A stretch of 64,000 bases of DNA from an uncultured virus (IMG/VR IMGVR_UViG_3300023179_000075) (lineage: Duplodnaviria > Heunggongvirae > Uroviricota > Caudoviricetes): IMG/VR virus record IMGVR_UViG_3300023179_000075. One strand, given 5' to 3'. Of this stretch, positions 19,699 to 29,464 are shown piece by piece. Position 1 is the first letter of the stretch. The number at the start of each line of letters is the position of its first letter. The notes below the pieces were generated by a model, which did not search any database, was not told where the DNA came from, and was given only the letters and a program-made list of their open reading frames with translations. A program made the translations under genes and the position numbers.

Positions 19699-20487
19699 TT
19701 ACTCTGCTATTTTAATCGAAATAGGTAATATTTCAGTGTGTGGCTTAGAGTCTGGATTTTCAAGTTTATATATTTCGTATATATTTTTAAACATTTGAAA
19801 ACTTGCCGCTATATTACCGTACGAACGTAGCTCCCATCCTTTACCTTGAATTTTACCATCTTTACCAGCTGTGCGAGTAGCTGCTTTTAACCACAATACA
19901 CCTGTTTCTTCAATTGGAGTATTATGTGTTTCACTCCACGCCATAGCGTATGCTGCTAACTGTAGGCTAAAGGATGTGTGTAGTGAGTTTGATGTTTTAA
20001 TATCAAGTAACCATAACTTACCATTAATCTTACAAATTAAATCTGCTGTTCCAGCATACTCATGATTGTCTGAAAATACATGATATTCAGCTGCAATTAA
20101 TTCTGGTTTGTGTGTGTTCCAGAAATCAGCAAATTTTAAAATCATCTTCCAAACATCTAGATTGTACTGGGCTTTACCAAATTCATCAATCCATTGAATT
20201 TCTTCTCCACCAATAAATCTTTCAATAGCGTTGTGAACTTGTGTACCTTCACCAGCTGCTTTTTGAGCAATGATATCAGCATTGTGTCCAACGTCTTTTA
20301 ACCAAGAATGAAAAAATTTGTTTTTAGGAAAGTAATTAAGTACTGATGTTACAGAAGGGTAGTATTTACCATCTCGATTGTAAAATCTACTGTCTAAAAC
20401 ATTAACTTGTTTATCCCCTTCCTTATATTCTACAAGGCGTTTAATTTTGGGATCCTTAATAATGTTTGCATGTCTTTCAATAATCAT
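19699..20487 (-). CDS. PD-(D/E)XK exonuclease (Cas4/RecB-like)
   Basis: YPSVTSVL, GTQVH, E...YAGTADL..LLDIKTS..QLAAY. Confidence 0.85.
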   Translation of the reverse strand: MIIERHANIIKDPKIKRLVEYKEGDKQVNVLDSRFYNRDGKYYPSVTSVLNYFPKNKFFHSWLKDVGHNADIIAQKAAGEGTQVHNAIERFIGGEEIQWIDEFGKAQYNLDVWKMILKFADFWNTHKPELIAAEYHVFSDNHEYAGTADLICKINGKLWLLDIKTSNSLHTSFSLQLAAYAMAWSETHNTPIEETGVLWLKAATRTAGKDGKIQGKGWELRSYGNIAASFQMFKNIYEIYKLENPDSKPHTEILPISIKIAE

Positions 20488-21422
20488 AATTGTAGTTTTT
20501 TAAGCAATAAGCTTTGAAAGTCTAAAGGTTGGGCTTGTTCGATGCAATTTAAAAATCGTTCAAATCCAATTTCACTAGCATCTTTACCATCTAATTCTAC
20601 TAAGTAAACATCCTTACCATATGTCATTAATTCTTGAGCATATTTTAAAGCATTCTTAATAGCATCTGGATCTAGAGCAATGTAAATTCTGTTGACAGAG
20701 GAACTTACTAACTTTTTCATTAATTTTTCGTGAATAATTTTCCCAAATAACGGGATTACGTTGCGTTTTACTGTTAATGCATCAAACATACCTTCGATAA
20801 GGATAATAGGAGCGTCCCAGTTTATGTATAGTTCTAAACCTATTGCTGATTTAGCATCGGTAGGGGGATTTTTATATTTTTGCATTCCTTCTTTATAAGC
20901 ACGAGCTATGAAATAATTTACTATTCCATTTTCATCGTACGATGGTATTATAACTCTATCTTTATATGAACCTTCATTACAAAAACCAATATTATATTTT
21001 ATTATATCTTCTTGTGTTATACCTCTTGTTCTTAAAAATTTAAGAGCATGTTTAGAATCTATCTGTGTTAATCTATTTAAGTCAGTTATATCAATTAACG
21101 AAATAAATTCCTTAGGTAATGATAATGCTGTAATATCCTGTTTATATTCAACACCACTAGGAACAATAATCATGTTTAGTTCAGCTAATTTATTAGCAGG
21201 AACTTTAGCGTTTTTAAGGAGAGATCTAATGGTTTTACCTTTAGCCTCACACACCCAACAATGCCATGGATTCTCTTTTTTTGCGTTTGTTACGCAATTG
21301 ATTTCCATTTTATTCTTATGGTGGTTACAAAACGGACATTTAAATGCATAATTACCTCTACTAGTCTTAGCACCAGTACCTAGTATGGATTCCAATAAAA
21401 TTATAAGTGCAGCATTTTCCAT
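20484..21422 (-). CDS. DNA primase (Zn finger + TOPRIM)
   Basis: CPFC/H..WHCWVC Zn finger; LIEGMFDA and ALDPDA TOPRIM motifs; KDAS. Confidence 0.9.
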   Translation of the reverse strand: MENAALIILLESILGTGAKTSRGNYAFKCPFCNHHKNKMEINCVTNAKKENPWHCWVCEAKGKTIRSLLKNAKVPANKLAELNMIIVPSGVEYKQDITALSLPKEFISLIDITDLNRLTQIDSKHALKFLRTRGITQEDIIKYNIGFCNEGSYKDRVIIPSYDENGIVNYFIARAYKEGMQKYKNPPTDAKSAIGLELYINWDAPIILIEGMFDALTVKRNVIPLFGKIIHEKLMKKLVSSSVNRIYIALDPDAIKNALKYAQELMTYGKDVYLVELDGKDASEIGFERFLNCIEQAQPLDFQSLLLKKLQL

Positions 21423-21448
21423 AATCTCAATATATGAAATTATTTTGC

Positions 21449-21898
21449 CTATACAAAGTCTTTCCTATAAAACTTAGCTAGTATATTATCATTATAGCTG
21501 TCAATGAATAATACATTATCTATAATTTGTTGTTGCATCTCGAGGAATGTAAGTTGTTTTTTGGTATTAGCCTCTCTTAATATGACTCTTTCAAATTTAT
21601 CTTCACCTAATAATTTAATATCAGCAAGTAATTCTTTAGACGAGCCCCAATACGTTTTCCAACCACTATCAACTTGTTCAGTTTTAGTTGTTGGTTTGCG
21701 GCCACGGCTAGTAGGTAATGCCGCTATTTCTTTCTTACCTAATTTCTTCTTTTTGTTGTGGATGTATGATTTTTTACCAATGTAAAATTTACCTGTTTCT
21801 AGGTTAGTAATTCTATATATAAAACCATAACTGTCTGTAGTGTAATTTTCATCCATATGGATATTAACTCCATCTAGATTGTATAACCAATTGCTCAT
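21449..21898 (-). CDS. GIY-YIG (Seg-like) nuclease
   Basis: GFIYRITNLETGKFYIGKK..YWGSS..FERVIL..E..YN. Confidence 0.8.
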   Translation of the reverse strand: MSNWLYNLDGVNIHMDENYTTDSYGFIYRITNLETGKFYIGKKSYIHNKKKKLGKKEIAALPTSRGRKPTTKTEQVDSGWKTYWGSSKELLADIKLLGEDKFERVILREANTKKQLTFLEMQQQIIDNVLFIDSYNDNILAKFYRKDFV

Positions 21899-21908
21899 GA
21901 ACTATATT

Positions 21909-22220
21909 TTATGTGTCGTATTTAACTATAAATGTCATATCCGTATCAGGTGACATCATTATCGGCTTAGCCACTTTAGCTACCATTAACAGCTCGTTAT
22001 CATCGTTATACAGCCCGATAGCAGTAGCATACGGGCGAAATGTGGATCCCGTTGTAAATGCAAGTAATGAGCCGCTTGCGTAGCTGCCTGTTACCAATGT
22101 GGGGTTGTATGATAAATTGAATTCACTTTCCTTTACGATACAACGCACCTCATTTTCGTAGATGTTGTGTTCGTTCTGGAACGATAGGTTGAATGATCCT
22201 GTATGTACTATTGCTGGCAT
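21909..22220 (-). CDS. Virion structural protein, stand-alone C-terminal domain (split from 25279..26808)
   Basis: VKESEFNLSYNP..YATAIGLYNDDNELLMVAKVAKP..VKYD aligns by eye with the C-terminus of 26812..27801. Confidence 0.7.
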   Translation of the reverse strand: MPAIVHTGSFNLSFQNEHNIYENEVRCIVKESEFNLSYNPTLVTGSYASGSLLAFTTGSTFRPYATAIGLYNDDNELLMVAKVAKPIMMSPDTDMTFIVKYDT

Positions 22221-22241
22221 GAATATAAATATGGGTTATTT

Positions 22242-23558
22242 TTAGATTTTATATTCATAATTTCTATTATATCCTAATTCATCTTTAATTTGGCGTAATA
22301 ATTCAACATTTACTAGATGTGGTGGAACTGTTTGAGGGTGTTCATTTACAAACAATTCAATAAAAAATGCTATTCCTGTTAAATGATTACAAAGTTCTTT
22401 AGAATTATTTACCCGTTTACAATATTCTTTAAATACTAAAGCATCAGTATTATGCTTAATTTCTAATATTTCTTTATTTTTTAATGTAGAGATAGCATTA
22501 TTAATTATAGATACTAGTGGTTCAAATTCTAAATTATTGTAATTCATTCTATCATAATATAAAGTACTAACATAATCTACGGATGAACATAATGGTTGAT
22601 CTAACCATCCAGGAAATATCCAATCTTCATGTGGGTAATCTTCTATTTTAATATTAGGTCTTATAGTATTAGTTTGAGTATGTTCCATATAACCTAGATT
22701 AATAGTAACTGCTCCTTCCTTAATAAAAGGCATATATACTATTCCTGTACCAGGTCCACTAATGTATATGTCAGTATCTTCTAATTCTTTCATTTGATCA
22801 GCAAATATATGATCATAATGTCTAGCCCAATCAACATATTTTATATCAGCCGTAGGTTGAAAATGATTTATAACTTGATCAATTATTGATTTTTCATAAT
22901 CAATATATCTTTTATTATCAATAATAATAATTTTTGGTCTTTCGTTTATAGGTTTATTAATTTGAAGATTATAAGCGTTTAACATTCTTTCTTTATACAA
23001 ACGTATAGCATTATATTTTTTACCATACATTGAATATTCTTGATTTACAACAGTACATCCAGTGTTACCTGTTCCTGATATAAGAGTTTTAAAATGTATT
23101 AAGGTTGATTTATCCAAATTAGGATATTCCATTAGTAGATTACCTGAAAATTTAGTAACTACATCATATGACATTGTTTGTTTATTAGACCAATCACTTA
23201 CTAACCAAACAAAAGGGCTATCTTTATATCCAAATTTAATTAAAGCTAGATATACTGGGTATAGACTATCAAATAAGGAATGTCCTATATTTCCATACCA
23301 AAGATTATCTCCAATAACACTTAATTCTATTTCTTGTTTATTTTTAAAAGTAGTAAGATATTCTTGTATTTGTTCTTCAGTATTAAAAAATTTAATTTCT
23401 GGTCTCCAATGGTACATGTTCATAAACTTAGTAACATATGGAGGGTTTATATTTTTATTCGTTGTTAAATAAGTTATAGTACCATTTATAGCATATAGAT
23501 TTTTATACTTTATACTTAAATGTTCTTGGTCATCTGCTGTAGTATAACTTGATATCAT
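22242..23558 (-). CDS. Glycosyltransferase, GT61 (DUF563/EOGT-like)
   Basis: NIGHSLFDSLYP; IIIDNKR; DQMKELEDTDIYISGPGTG..MPF pattern. Confidence 0.65.
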   Translation of the reverse strand: MISSYTTADDQEHLSIKYKNLYAINGTITYLTTNKNINPPYVTKFMNMYHWRPEIKFFNTEEQIQEYLTTFKNKQEIELSVIGDNLWYGNIGHSLFDSLYPVYLALIKFGYKDSPFVWLVSDWSNKQTMSYDVVTKFSGNLLMEYPNLDKSTLIHFKTLISGTGNTGCTVVNQEYSMYGKKYNAIRLYKERMLNAYNLQINKPINERPKIIIIDNKRYIDYEKSIIDQVINHFQPTADIKYVDWARHYDHIFADQMKELEDTDIYISGPGTGIVYMPFIKEGAVTINLGYMEHTQTNTIRPNIKIEDYPHEDWIFPGWLDQPLCSSVDYVSTLYYDRMNYNNLEFEPLVSIINNAISTLKNKEILEIKHNTDALVFKEYCKRVNNSKELCNHLTGIAFFIELFVNEHPQTVPPHLVNVELLRQIKDELGYNRNYEYKI

Positions 23559-24310
23559 AATAGTATAATTTTATTATTTTGTATATTAAATAATACATCT
23601 TTATTTTCTAATAATTGTCTTTTAAGATCTTCTACATCTAAAGTAGGATATCTAGTATCACCTATACCGCCTTTATCGCTAATATCGAATGCAAATTTTT
23701 CAGTAGGTACTGTGTATGGTGGATTAAAATGAAAATAAGTATTTATATAACTTTCATCATTGCATCCTGGTTCATATGGTATTTTATTATCTTCAATTTG
23801 CCATTCTCTTAACGTTTTACAAAAGTTAATTACTTTATCTTTTTTACCTCCAAAGAAAGCACCATAATGGTATGTATATGGTAACGGACTATCTAAAGGA
23901 ACGTATGCTTTAGATGCTGGAGTTCTATCAAAGCCAGCTCCGTTCTTTAACCAGTCTCTATTTCCAAAGTGTTCACCTCCAACTAAATCATTTAAAAACC
24001 ACTCTTCAGTAAAATCTCGAGATACATTAGTATCTGCATCAAAATAATATAAATAGTTACTTTTACAATTTTCTAGACTGATTATATCTTTAAATTTTGA
24101 ATTGGTAGCTTCTACCCAATTAGTATGTTGTTCATAATGATGTTCTACATCAACATTATCTTGTAGATAGGGTTTTGGATCTAAGTCTGAAAAGAAATAG
24201 AATGTAATATTTTTATCACCTTTATAATGGTGCATAAATTTTTTAATAAATCTAATTCCTAAGACAAAATATGAATTCGTTGCTAGTATTACTATTCCTA
24301 TATTAGACAT
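23555..24310 (-). CDS. Glycosyltransferase, GT6 (ABO/alpha-1,3-Gal(NAc)T-like)
   Basis: IGIVILATNSY, YFFSD, YLYYFDAD (DxD), KAYVP, YHYGAFFGG, NDESYIN. Confidence 0.85.
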   Translation of the reverse strand: MSNIGIVILATNSYFVLGIRFIKKFMHHYKGDKNITFYFFSDLDPKPYLQDNVDVEHHYEQHTNWVEATNSKFKDIISLENCKSNYLYYFDADTNVSRDFTEEWFLNDLVGGEHFGNRDWLKNGAGFDRTPASKAYVPLDSPLPYTYHYGAFFGGKKDKVINFCKTLREWQIEDNKIPYEPGCNDESYINTYFHFNPPYTVPTEKFAFDISDKGGIGDTRYPTLDVEDLKRQLLENKDVLFNIQNNKIILL

Positions 24311-25257
24311 GATTTATTTGCAGTTTTAATAATTTCTTTAACATAATTGTAACAATTTTTATTTTCATCAAAATCTTCTATTTTAATATCATATGGCAAT
24401 GAATTTATATACATTCCTTTATAAAATTGTTTGTTACAAGCACAAGTTATTCCTGCATTATGGTAAATTATTGATTGATTCCATCCATCTACTCCATCAG
24501 TTCCCCAACTAAAATTTAACTCAGGAACCACTTTTGTTTCGTTTCCACGTAACCAACCTCCCCATAATACGGCCCACATGTCAGCACACCATATTTGAAG
24601 TTCATGATATGTAGGATCAGCAGCTTTCTTTTCATTGTTTAACTGTGTAATTTGATAATGTAATTGCTCACTATCTGTTTCAACTTTTTCCCAAAACGCT
24701 TCGTCAATATTTTTCATAATATATTGAGCGCCACCTGAATTAGAATTCATTAGTTGCGGGATAAGAGGATCAATGTTTACTATTTCACACATCTTATTAT
24801 ACACATCTTGTCCTTTAGATCTGATATAATCATAATTGATATAGCTATTTGTGTTGCTTAAATACCAGATTTTATCATTTAAAAAAGCGCTAAAGTCAGG
24901 TTTCTTAGTAAATACGATATCACAATCATGATAGAAAATTGCCTCGTTAGATAGCTCAGGATGTGCCTTAAAATGCTGTTTTAATATATTAGGGCGTATC
25001 GATGAAATATAATAGATTGGTTGTTGTCTTGTGTCTTGATAAAAGAAGAAGCGGACATTATTGTAATGGCTTGCTAATTTATCCCAAGGTTCTTTGTTTT
25101 CTGAATCAGATGTTTTGTCGTTTGGATTCCAAGCAACTAAAATATCGATATTGTTTGGGTTGATTCCTTGTTCAATGAAGTTATTGATCATAACTTCTAC
25201 CTGCCACGCATAGTAAATTAGGCGAGGTTGAATACAAATATAACGTAAATTTTTCAT
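24298..25257 (-). CDS. GT-A glycosyltransferase, HPAT/SRGT (GT95/GT96)-like
   Basis: YYAWQ, Y.SSIRP, FYHDCDIVF (DxD), GGAQYIM, W..V, WCADMWA, IYH match the order of motifs in plant peptidyl O-glycosyltransferases. Confidence 0.6.
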   Translation of the reverse strand: MKNLRYICIQPRLIYYAWQVEVMINNFIEQGINPNNIDILVAWNPNDKTSDSENKEPWDKLASHYNNVRFFFYQDTRQQPIYYISSIRPNILKQHFKAHPELSNEAIFYHDCDIVFTKKPDFSAFLNDKIWYLSNTNSYINYDYIRSKGQDVYNKMCEIVNIDPLIPQLMNSNSGGAQYIMKNIDEAFWEKVETDSEQLHYQITQLNNEKKAADPTYHELQIWCADMWAVLWGGWLRGNETKVVPELNFSWGTDGVDGWNQSIIYHNAGITCACNKQFYKGMYINSLPYDIKIEDFDENKNCYNYVKEIIKTANKSCLI

Positions 25258-25278
25258 AACTTTATTTTTATTTACTTT

Positions 25279-26808
25279 TTATACTGTAAAGCACCTTGCA
25301 AAGCCCCCACCACTAAAACTTACTTGTATTGTATATTTATGACTATTTACTATTATATCTTGCGGACTTGAAGTAATATTTTGACCATTTACTGATAATG
25401 TTAGTATTTTTGCACTATCTCCGTCACTACTAAATCCTAATGTATTATTTACTGATGATTGACCTGCATTCTGAGTGAGAGTAACTCCACCACTTGAAAG
25501 TGGTGTACTACAAGCATTATCTACAAATCCTTGAGCTGTTACAACCCAAACTAATTGATCCTGTGTAGGAGTAGCTGGGTTAACATATGTAATTGCATTC
25601 CAAGATGAATAAGGAGGGAACTGTAAGTCAATATATGCTGTAGCAATAAATGGTATAGTTGTTGTACTAGTTGTAGTACTAGTTGTTGTTGTTGGTGCAG
25701 TCGTTGTACTAGTTGTAGTCGACGTAGTTGTTGTTGGTGCAGTAGTTGTAGTAGTTGTTGTACTAGTTGTTGTTGTTGGTGCTGTAGTCGTTGTTGTTGT
25801 TGTACTAGTTGTTGTTGGTGCTGTAGTCGTTGTTGTTGTTGTACTAGTTGTTGTTGGTGCTAATACATCTACTATAACTTTAGCTTGATTACTAGTCATT
25901 GAACATCCACTATTACATAAGCCATTTACAGTATAATAAATATTATATGAACCTACTGTTGTAGTATTTAATGTTAAAGTACCATTTGCGTTTACTGTGT
26001 AATATGGTGAGTTACTACCTGATATTACTACTGAGCCTGTATCTATAGCACATGATCTTGCAACATCATTTGCTAATATAGTTATTGTTTTTGGGCTATC
26101 TGTATCTAAAAATGAAGCTGAATCATTATATGCTAATGGAGGTAATGGAAACATTAACTGATAGTCAGGTTCCGTAATAGTTGCTAACCCATGAGCATAG
26201 AATATATTTCCAACATGAGTATTCCAAGCTGGGTCATATGTTAAGAAATATGATTCTGCATTAAAGTAAGATCCTGAAATATAGCCTGATGTTAGATTTT
26301 TTGATACATCATATAAATTACCATTACCATCATCCACAATAAAATAAACAGATGATGTTAATTTAAAACTATAAGGTAATACTTTAGAGCCATATATATC
26401 TTGTTCTATAGATAATAATCTAATTCCCGCTCCGGGACCAGTAGGAAAATTCTTTATTAAACGAGGATTAACGTTATAATCAAAGTATGATTGAGTAGGG
26501 CGTTGTTGAGAAGCAGATTCATAAGTATTAACGTTAAACATTAATGAACCTGTATTTAATGCTCTTCCATTATATGATTGATAAAACATATGATTCATGG
26601 AATCATAAATTAATCTTTCGTATTCACCATTAGTAACAGGATCAACAGATGCATCATCCGATACAAAAGTACCTGTTATATAGGTACCTTTATAAATATT
26701 AAAATAAGGATTATTGGAAAAGCAGGTGTATGGTAAATCCCACTGCTTGTTAGCAGAGTATAAAACAGTTGTGACGTCAGCCTTGCTTAATTTTTTGAAT
26801 ACAGACAT
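25279..26808 (-). CDS. Virion structural protein with Ig/cadherin-like domain and mucin-like Thr repeat
   Basis: IVDDGNGNL..VGNIFYAHGL core; PLAYND..ILAND..YTV Ig-like segment; APTTTSTTTTTTT repeats. Confidence 0.7.
   Translation of the reverse strand: MSVFKKLSKADVTTVLYSANKQWDLPYTCFSNNPYFNIYKGTYITGTFVSDDASVDPVTNGEYERLIYDSMNHMFYQSYNGRALNTGSLMFNVNTYESASQQRPTQSYFDYNVNPRLIKNFPTGPGAGIRLLSIEQDIYGSKVLPYSFKLTSSVYFIVDDGNGNLYDVSKNLTSGYISGSYFNAESYFLTYDPAWNTHVGNIFYAHGLATITEPDYQLMFPLPPLAYNDSASFLDTDSPKTITILANDVARSCAIDTGSVVISGSNSPYYTVNANGTLTLNTTTVGSYNIYYTVNGLCNSGCSMTSNQAKVIVDVLAPTTTSTTTTTTTAPTTTSTTTTTTTAPTTTTSTTTTTTTAPTTTTSTTTSTTTAPTTTTSTTTSTTTIPFIATAYIDLQFPPYSSWNAITYVNPATPTQDQLVWVVTAQGFVDNACSTPLSSGGVTLTQNAGQSSVNNTLGFSSDGDSAKILTLSVNGQNITSSPQDIIVNSHKYTIQVSFSGGGFARCFTV
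25657..25860 (-). repeat. Five tandem 39-42 bp coding repeats, (A)PTTT(T)STTT(T/S)TTT
   Basis: Recurrent gtactagttgttgttggtgc units on the plus strand. Confidence 0.95.
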
Positions 26809-26811
26809 GCA

Positions 26812-27801
26812 TTAATAATCTAATTTGATTCTAATTAAAGCTTCTTTGGTAAAATCTTTTACCAATGGTTTACTTAATTTAGCTACAGCTAATAACTCAT
26901 TATTATCATTATACATACCTACTGTTGTAACGTATGTTTGTGGATTATTAATTAATGTAGTATATAATAAATTACCATTATCATCTATAATAGATGGATT
27001 AGTAGTATAATTAAATTCACTATTCTTAACGCGTGTGAAGAAATAACGTGATGAAATAACTTCTTGAGATTGTGCTTGAAATCCTGTACCTCCAGCTGTT
27101 GCTGATGCGGAGATTGAAGTAAATAATTTTAAATGGTTATTTACTGCTACTGTATTTCCTTGAGATGGGGTTGTGATATAAGGGCTTAATGAACCAGAAG
27201 CATTTAGAATAACTATTCCTAAATCAGGTAACATCATACCGTAGTAAGTATTAACCGCGCTGCTAGTATATGCATTACCATTACTACCACTAATAATATA
27301 ATAAACTCTATTTTCACCTAAAAAACGTGTTAAACCTGTTGTATTACTATCATCTGTTAATTTAATAGTATTAGCACCATTTTTTAATGATAAATTAAAT
27401 GTACCCTGTTGAATTGATTGCTTATAGCGGGTTCTAGAAATATTAATTGCGTAAATGTCAGTTGCTGTTGTAGTACCACCATCAAAACTAAAGTTTGTTG
27501 TTTCAGTACCGTATACTAAGTTTCTATACTGTCCATAAACAATACGTGATGGAGAATACCCTGCTACAGTAGAGTTAATAGGAGCTGAACCAGATCCGTA
27601 AATATTACCATATTGAATATCAAATTGTACTTCTGAGCCAGATGCTGCTGATCCTGTTTGATATACATCTAAGTAGTATTCTGTGTAGGTACTAGCTGTA
27701 AAGAATGTAGATAGAGTATATGCGTCTCCAGTCCACATTGGGCGAACTACGGTTTCGGCACTTATTACTGAATCATCGGTATTATATCTTGAAAATGACA
27801 T
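26812..27801 (-). CDS. Virion structural protein
   Basis: S/T/G-rich; C-terminal VGMYNDNNELLAVAKLSKP; in the structural operon. Confidence 0.7.
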   Translation of the reverse strand: MSFSRYNTDDSVISAETVVRPMWTGDAYTLSTFFTASTYTEYYLDVYQTGSAASGSEVQFDIQYGNIYGSGSAPINSTVAGYSPSRIVYGQYRNLVYGTETTNFSFDGGTTTATDIYAINISRTRYKQSIQQGTFNLSLKNGANTIKLTDDSNTTGLTRFLGENRVYYIISGSNGNAYTSSAVNTYYGMMLPDLGIVILNASGSLSPYITTPSQGNTVAVNNHLKLFTSISASATAGGTGFQAQSQEVISSRYFFTRVKNSEFNYTTNPSIIDDNGNLLYTTLINNPQTYVTTVGMYNDNNELLAVAKLSKPLVKDFTKEALIRIKLDY

Positions 27802-27816
27802 GTTTATATTTATTTA

Positions 27817-28485
27817 TTAGGTTGTACTTACTTTTTGAATATTAATAGGAATAGTAATTCTTGCACCACTATCTCTACCAATTACAGTTAATGTAGTAGT
27901 TAAGGTAGTTAATGTAGTACCATATAATGTATTAACAGTTGTTCCAGTTAATGTGAATGAAGTACCTAGATCAGATTTAGATAATACAGCTCCTGTAGTT
28001 GTATTTAGTGTACTATTTCCAACAGCTGCAGTTACTGTAACTCCAGTACCTGTAAATGATGATAATAATCTAATATCAGAGATTGTAGCTATATATCCAT
28101 TAGCTTCAAATGTACTTGTAGCACCTAAGTAATTAAGTGTTTGTGGAGTAATCGTGATTGAAGCACCTTGTTTAAGTGTAATGGTATTGTAACCTAAGCT
28201 AACAACAGGCAGACGAGAAGTACCACGTGGAAGTGTTACTAATTTGTAACGCATAATCTGTGTGTCGTTAGGAAATGCTTGAATAATAGGCATTGCCTCA
28301 ATTGCTTCACCATAGAACGCTGAGCCAGATGGTTGATTTGGATTATATAATGTATAATCAATTTCATCATCAGCCAATGAAAATTGTGTAATTTGGAATG
28401 AACCATCGTTACGAGCCAATAATTCGCGACCTTTAGTGGTTAGAATTGCATCTACGGTTACTGTTGTAGGATTTAATATTGCCAT
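27817..28485 (-). CDS. Virion structural protein
   Basis: VDAILTTKGRELLA..FSLADDEIDY; Thr-rich beta C-terminus; ATATTTAT upstream. Confidence 0.65.
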   Translation of the reverse strand: MAILNPTTVTVDAILTTKGRELLARNDGSFQITQFSLADDEIDYTLYNPNQPSGSAFYGEAIEAMPIIQAFPNDTQIMRYKLVTLPRGTSRLPVVSLGYNTITLKQGASITITPQTLNYLGATSTFEANGYIATISDIRLLSSFTGTGVTVTAAVGNSTLNTTTGAVLSKSDLGTSFTLTGTTVNTLYGTTLTTLTTTLTVIGRDSGARITIPINIQKVSTT

Positions 28486-28539
28486 GTTTTATGTTTGTAT
28501 ATACTAATAAATATATTAAAATTCGATTTTGGTTATAAA

Positions 28540-29463
28540 TTATGCAAGATCTGATGATGCCGTCACAGAATATACTCTACTTGATGATGCATTAAATGTA
28601 AATGACTGTAAGTTTGTATAACTAGTTACTACCGATGTAAGTGTATTATCATATAATGTTATAGAATCGGTTTCATTTTTTATTTTAAGTCTAAAGCTAC
28701 CAGTTTGTCCGGATGTTGTTCGGCAGTTTTGGTTAACATATATAGATGAACTTGGTGCAAAAATTAATGAACCAGAGGTACCTGTATATCCACCTGCTAA
28801 TAGAACGTAATCTATGTAAAGATCATTATCAATCCAAGGAGATGGATGATATTCATATTGAGCCCAATTTATTATAGGAGATGTAGAAGATTTAATATCT
28901 GCTGATATTTGGTAGTAATTTGAGCTTGTTGGATTTAATGTATAACTTGCGCTAATAGAAGATGTAACACGAGATATTAAGTTACTACCACTATATATAT
29001 AAAGTTCATTAACATAACTATTTCCAGAATACAATGTTACATTATATTTACTAGATGAAGAAAAAGATACAGTACCATTATTTATATTCCAATCCATTCC
29101 TATGTTTAATATTTCTTCTAAAGAAGAAGAGTTTACTATTTTAAAATAATAATTAGGATTTATATTTATACCTATTAATTCTGTAGTAAAATTTATAGAG
29201 CCATTATATAAAGAGGAAGTAGCATATGCTAATGTATAATCTGTATAAAAATCTGTTTGAGAATATGGAAAATTAGCGATTATATTGCTTCCACTATAAA
29301 CAAATATTCTAATATCTCCTAAAGTAGCATCAAATTCAGATCCAGTAGTATTATATGCACTAGCTGATATTACTAGGCTAACTCCTGTAAATACCTGTTG
29401 GATAGCATTACTATCTGTGGTAGCTACTACAGTACTAGTTAAAGGGTAATGAGTTACTTGCAT
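28540..29463 (-). CDS. Ser/Thr/Tyr-rich beta protein, probable tail fibre or decoration protein
   Basis: Composition and position. Confidence 0.5.
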   Translation of the reverse strand: MQVTHYPLTSTVVATTDSNAIQQVFTGVSLVISASAYNTTGSEFDATLGDIRIFVYSGSNIIANFPYSQTDFYTDYTLAYATSSLYNGSINFTTELIGININPNYYFKIVNSSSLEEILNIGMDWNINNGTVSFSSSSKYNVTLYSGNSYVNELYIYSGSNLISRVTSSISASYTLNPTSSNYYQISADIKSSTSPIINWAQYEYHPSPWIDNDLYIDYVLLAGGYTGTSGSLIFAPSSSIYVNQNCRTTSGQTGSFRLKIKNETDSITLYDNTLTSVVTSYTNLQSFTFNASSSRVYSVTASSDLA

Positions 29464-29464
29464 A

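Noticed and set aside
19699..20487. Cas4 as evidence for CRISPR-Cas
   Set aside because: No Fe-S cysteine cluster, array or other cas genes; it sits with primase as an ordinary phage exonuclease.
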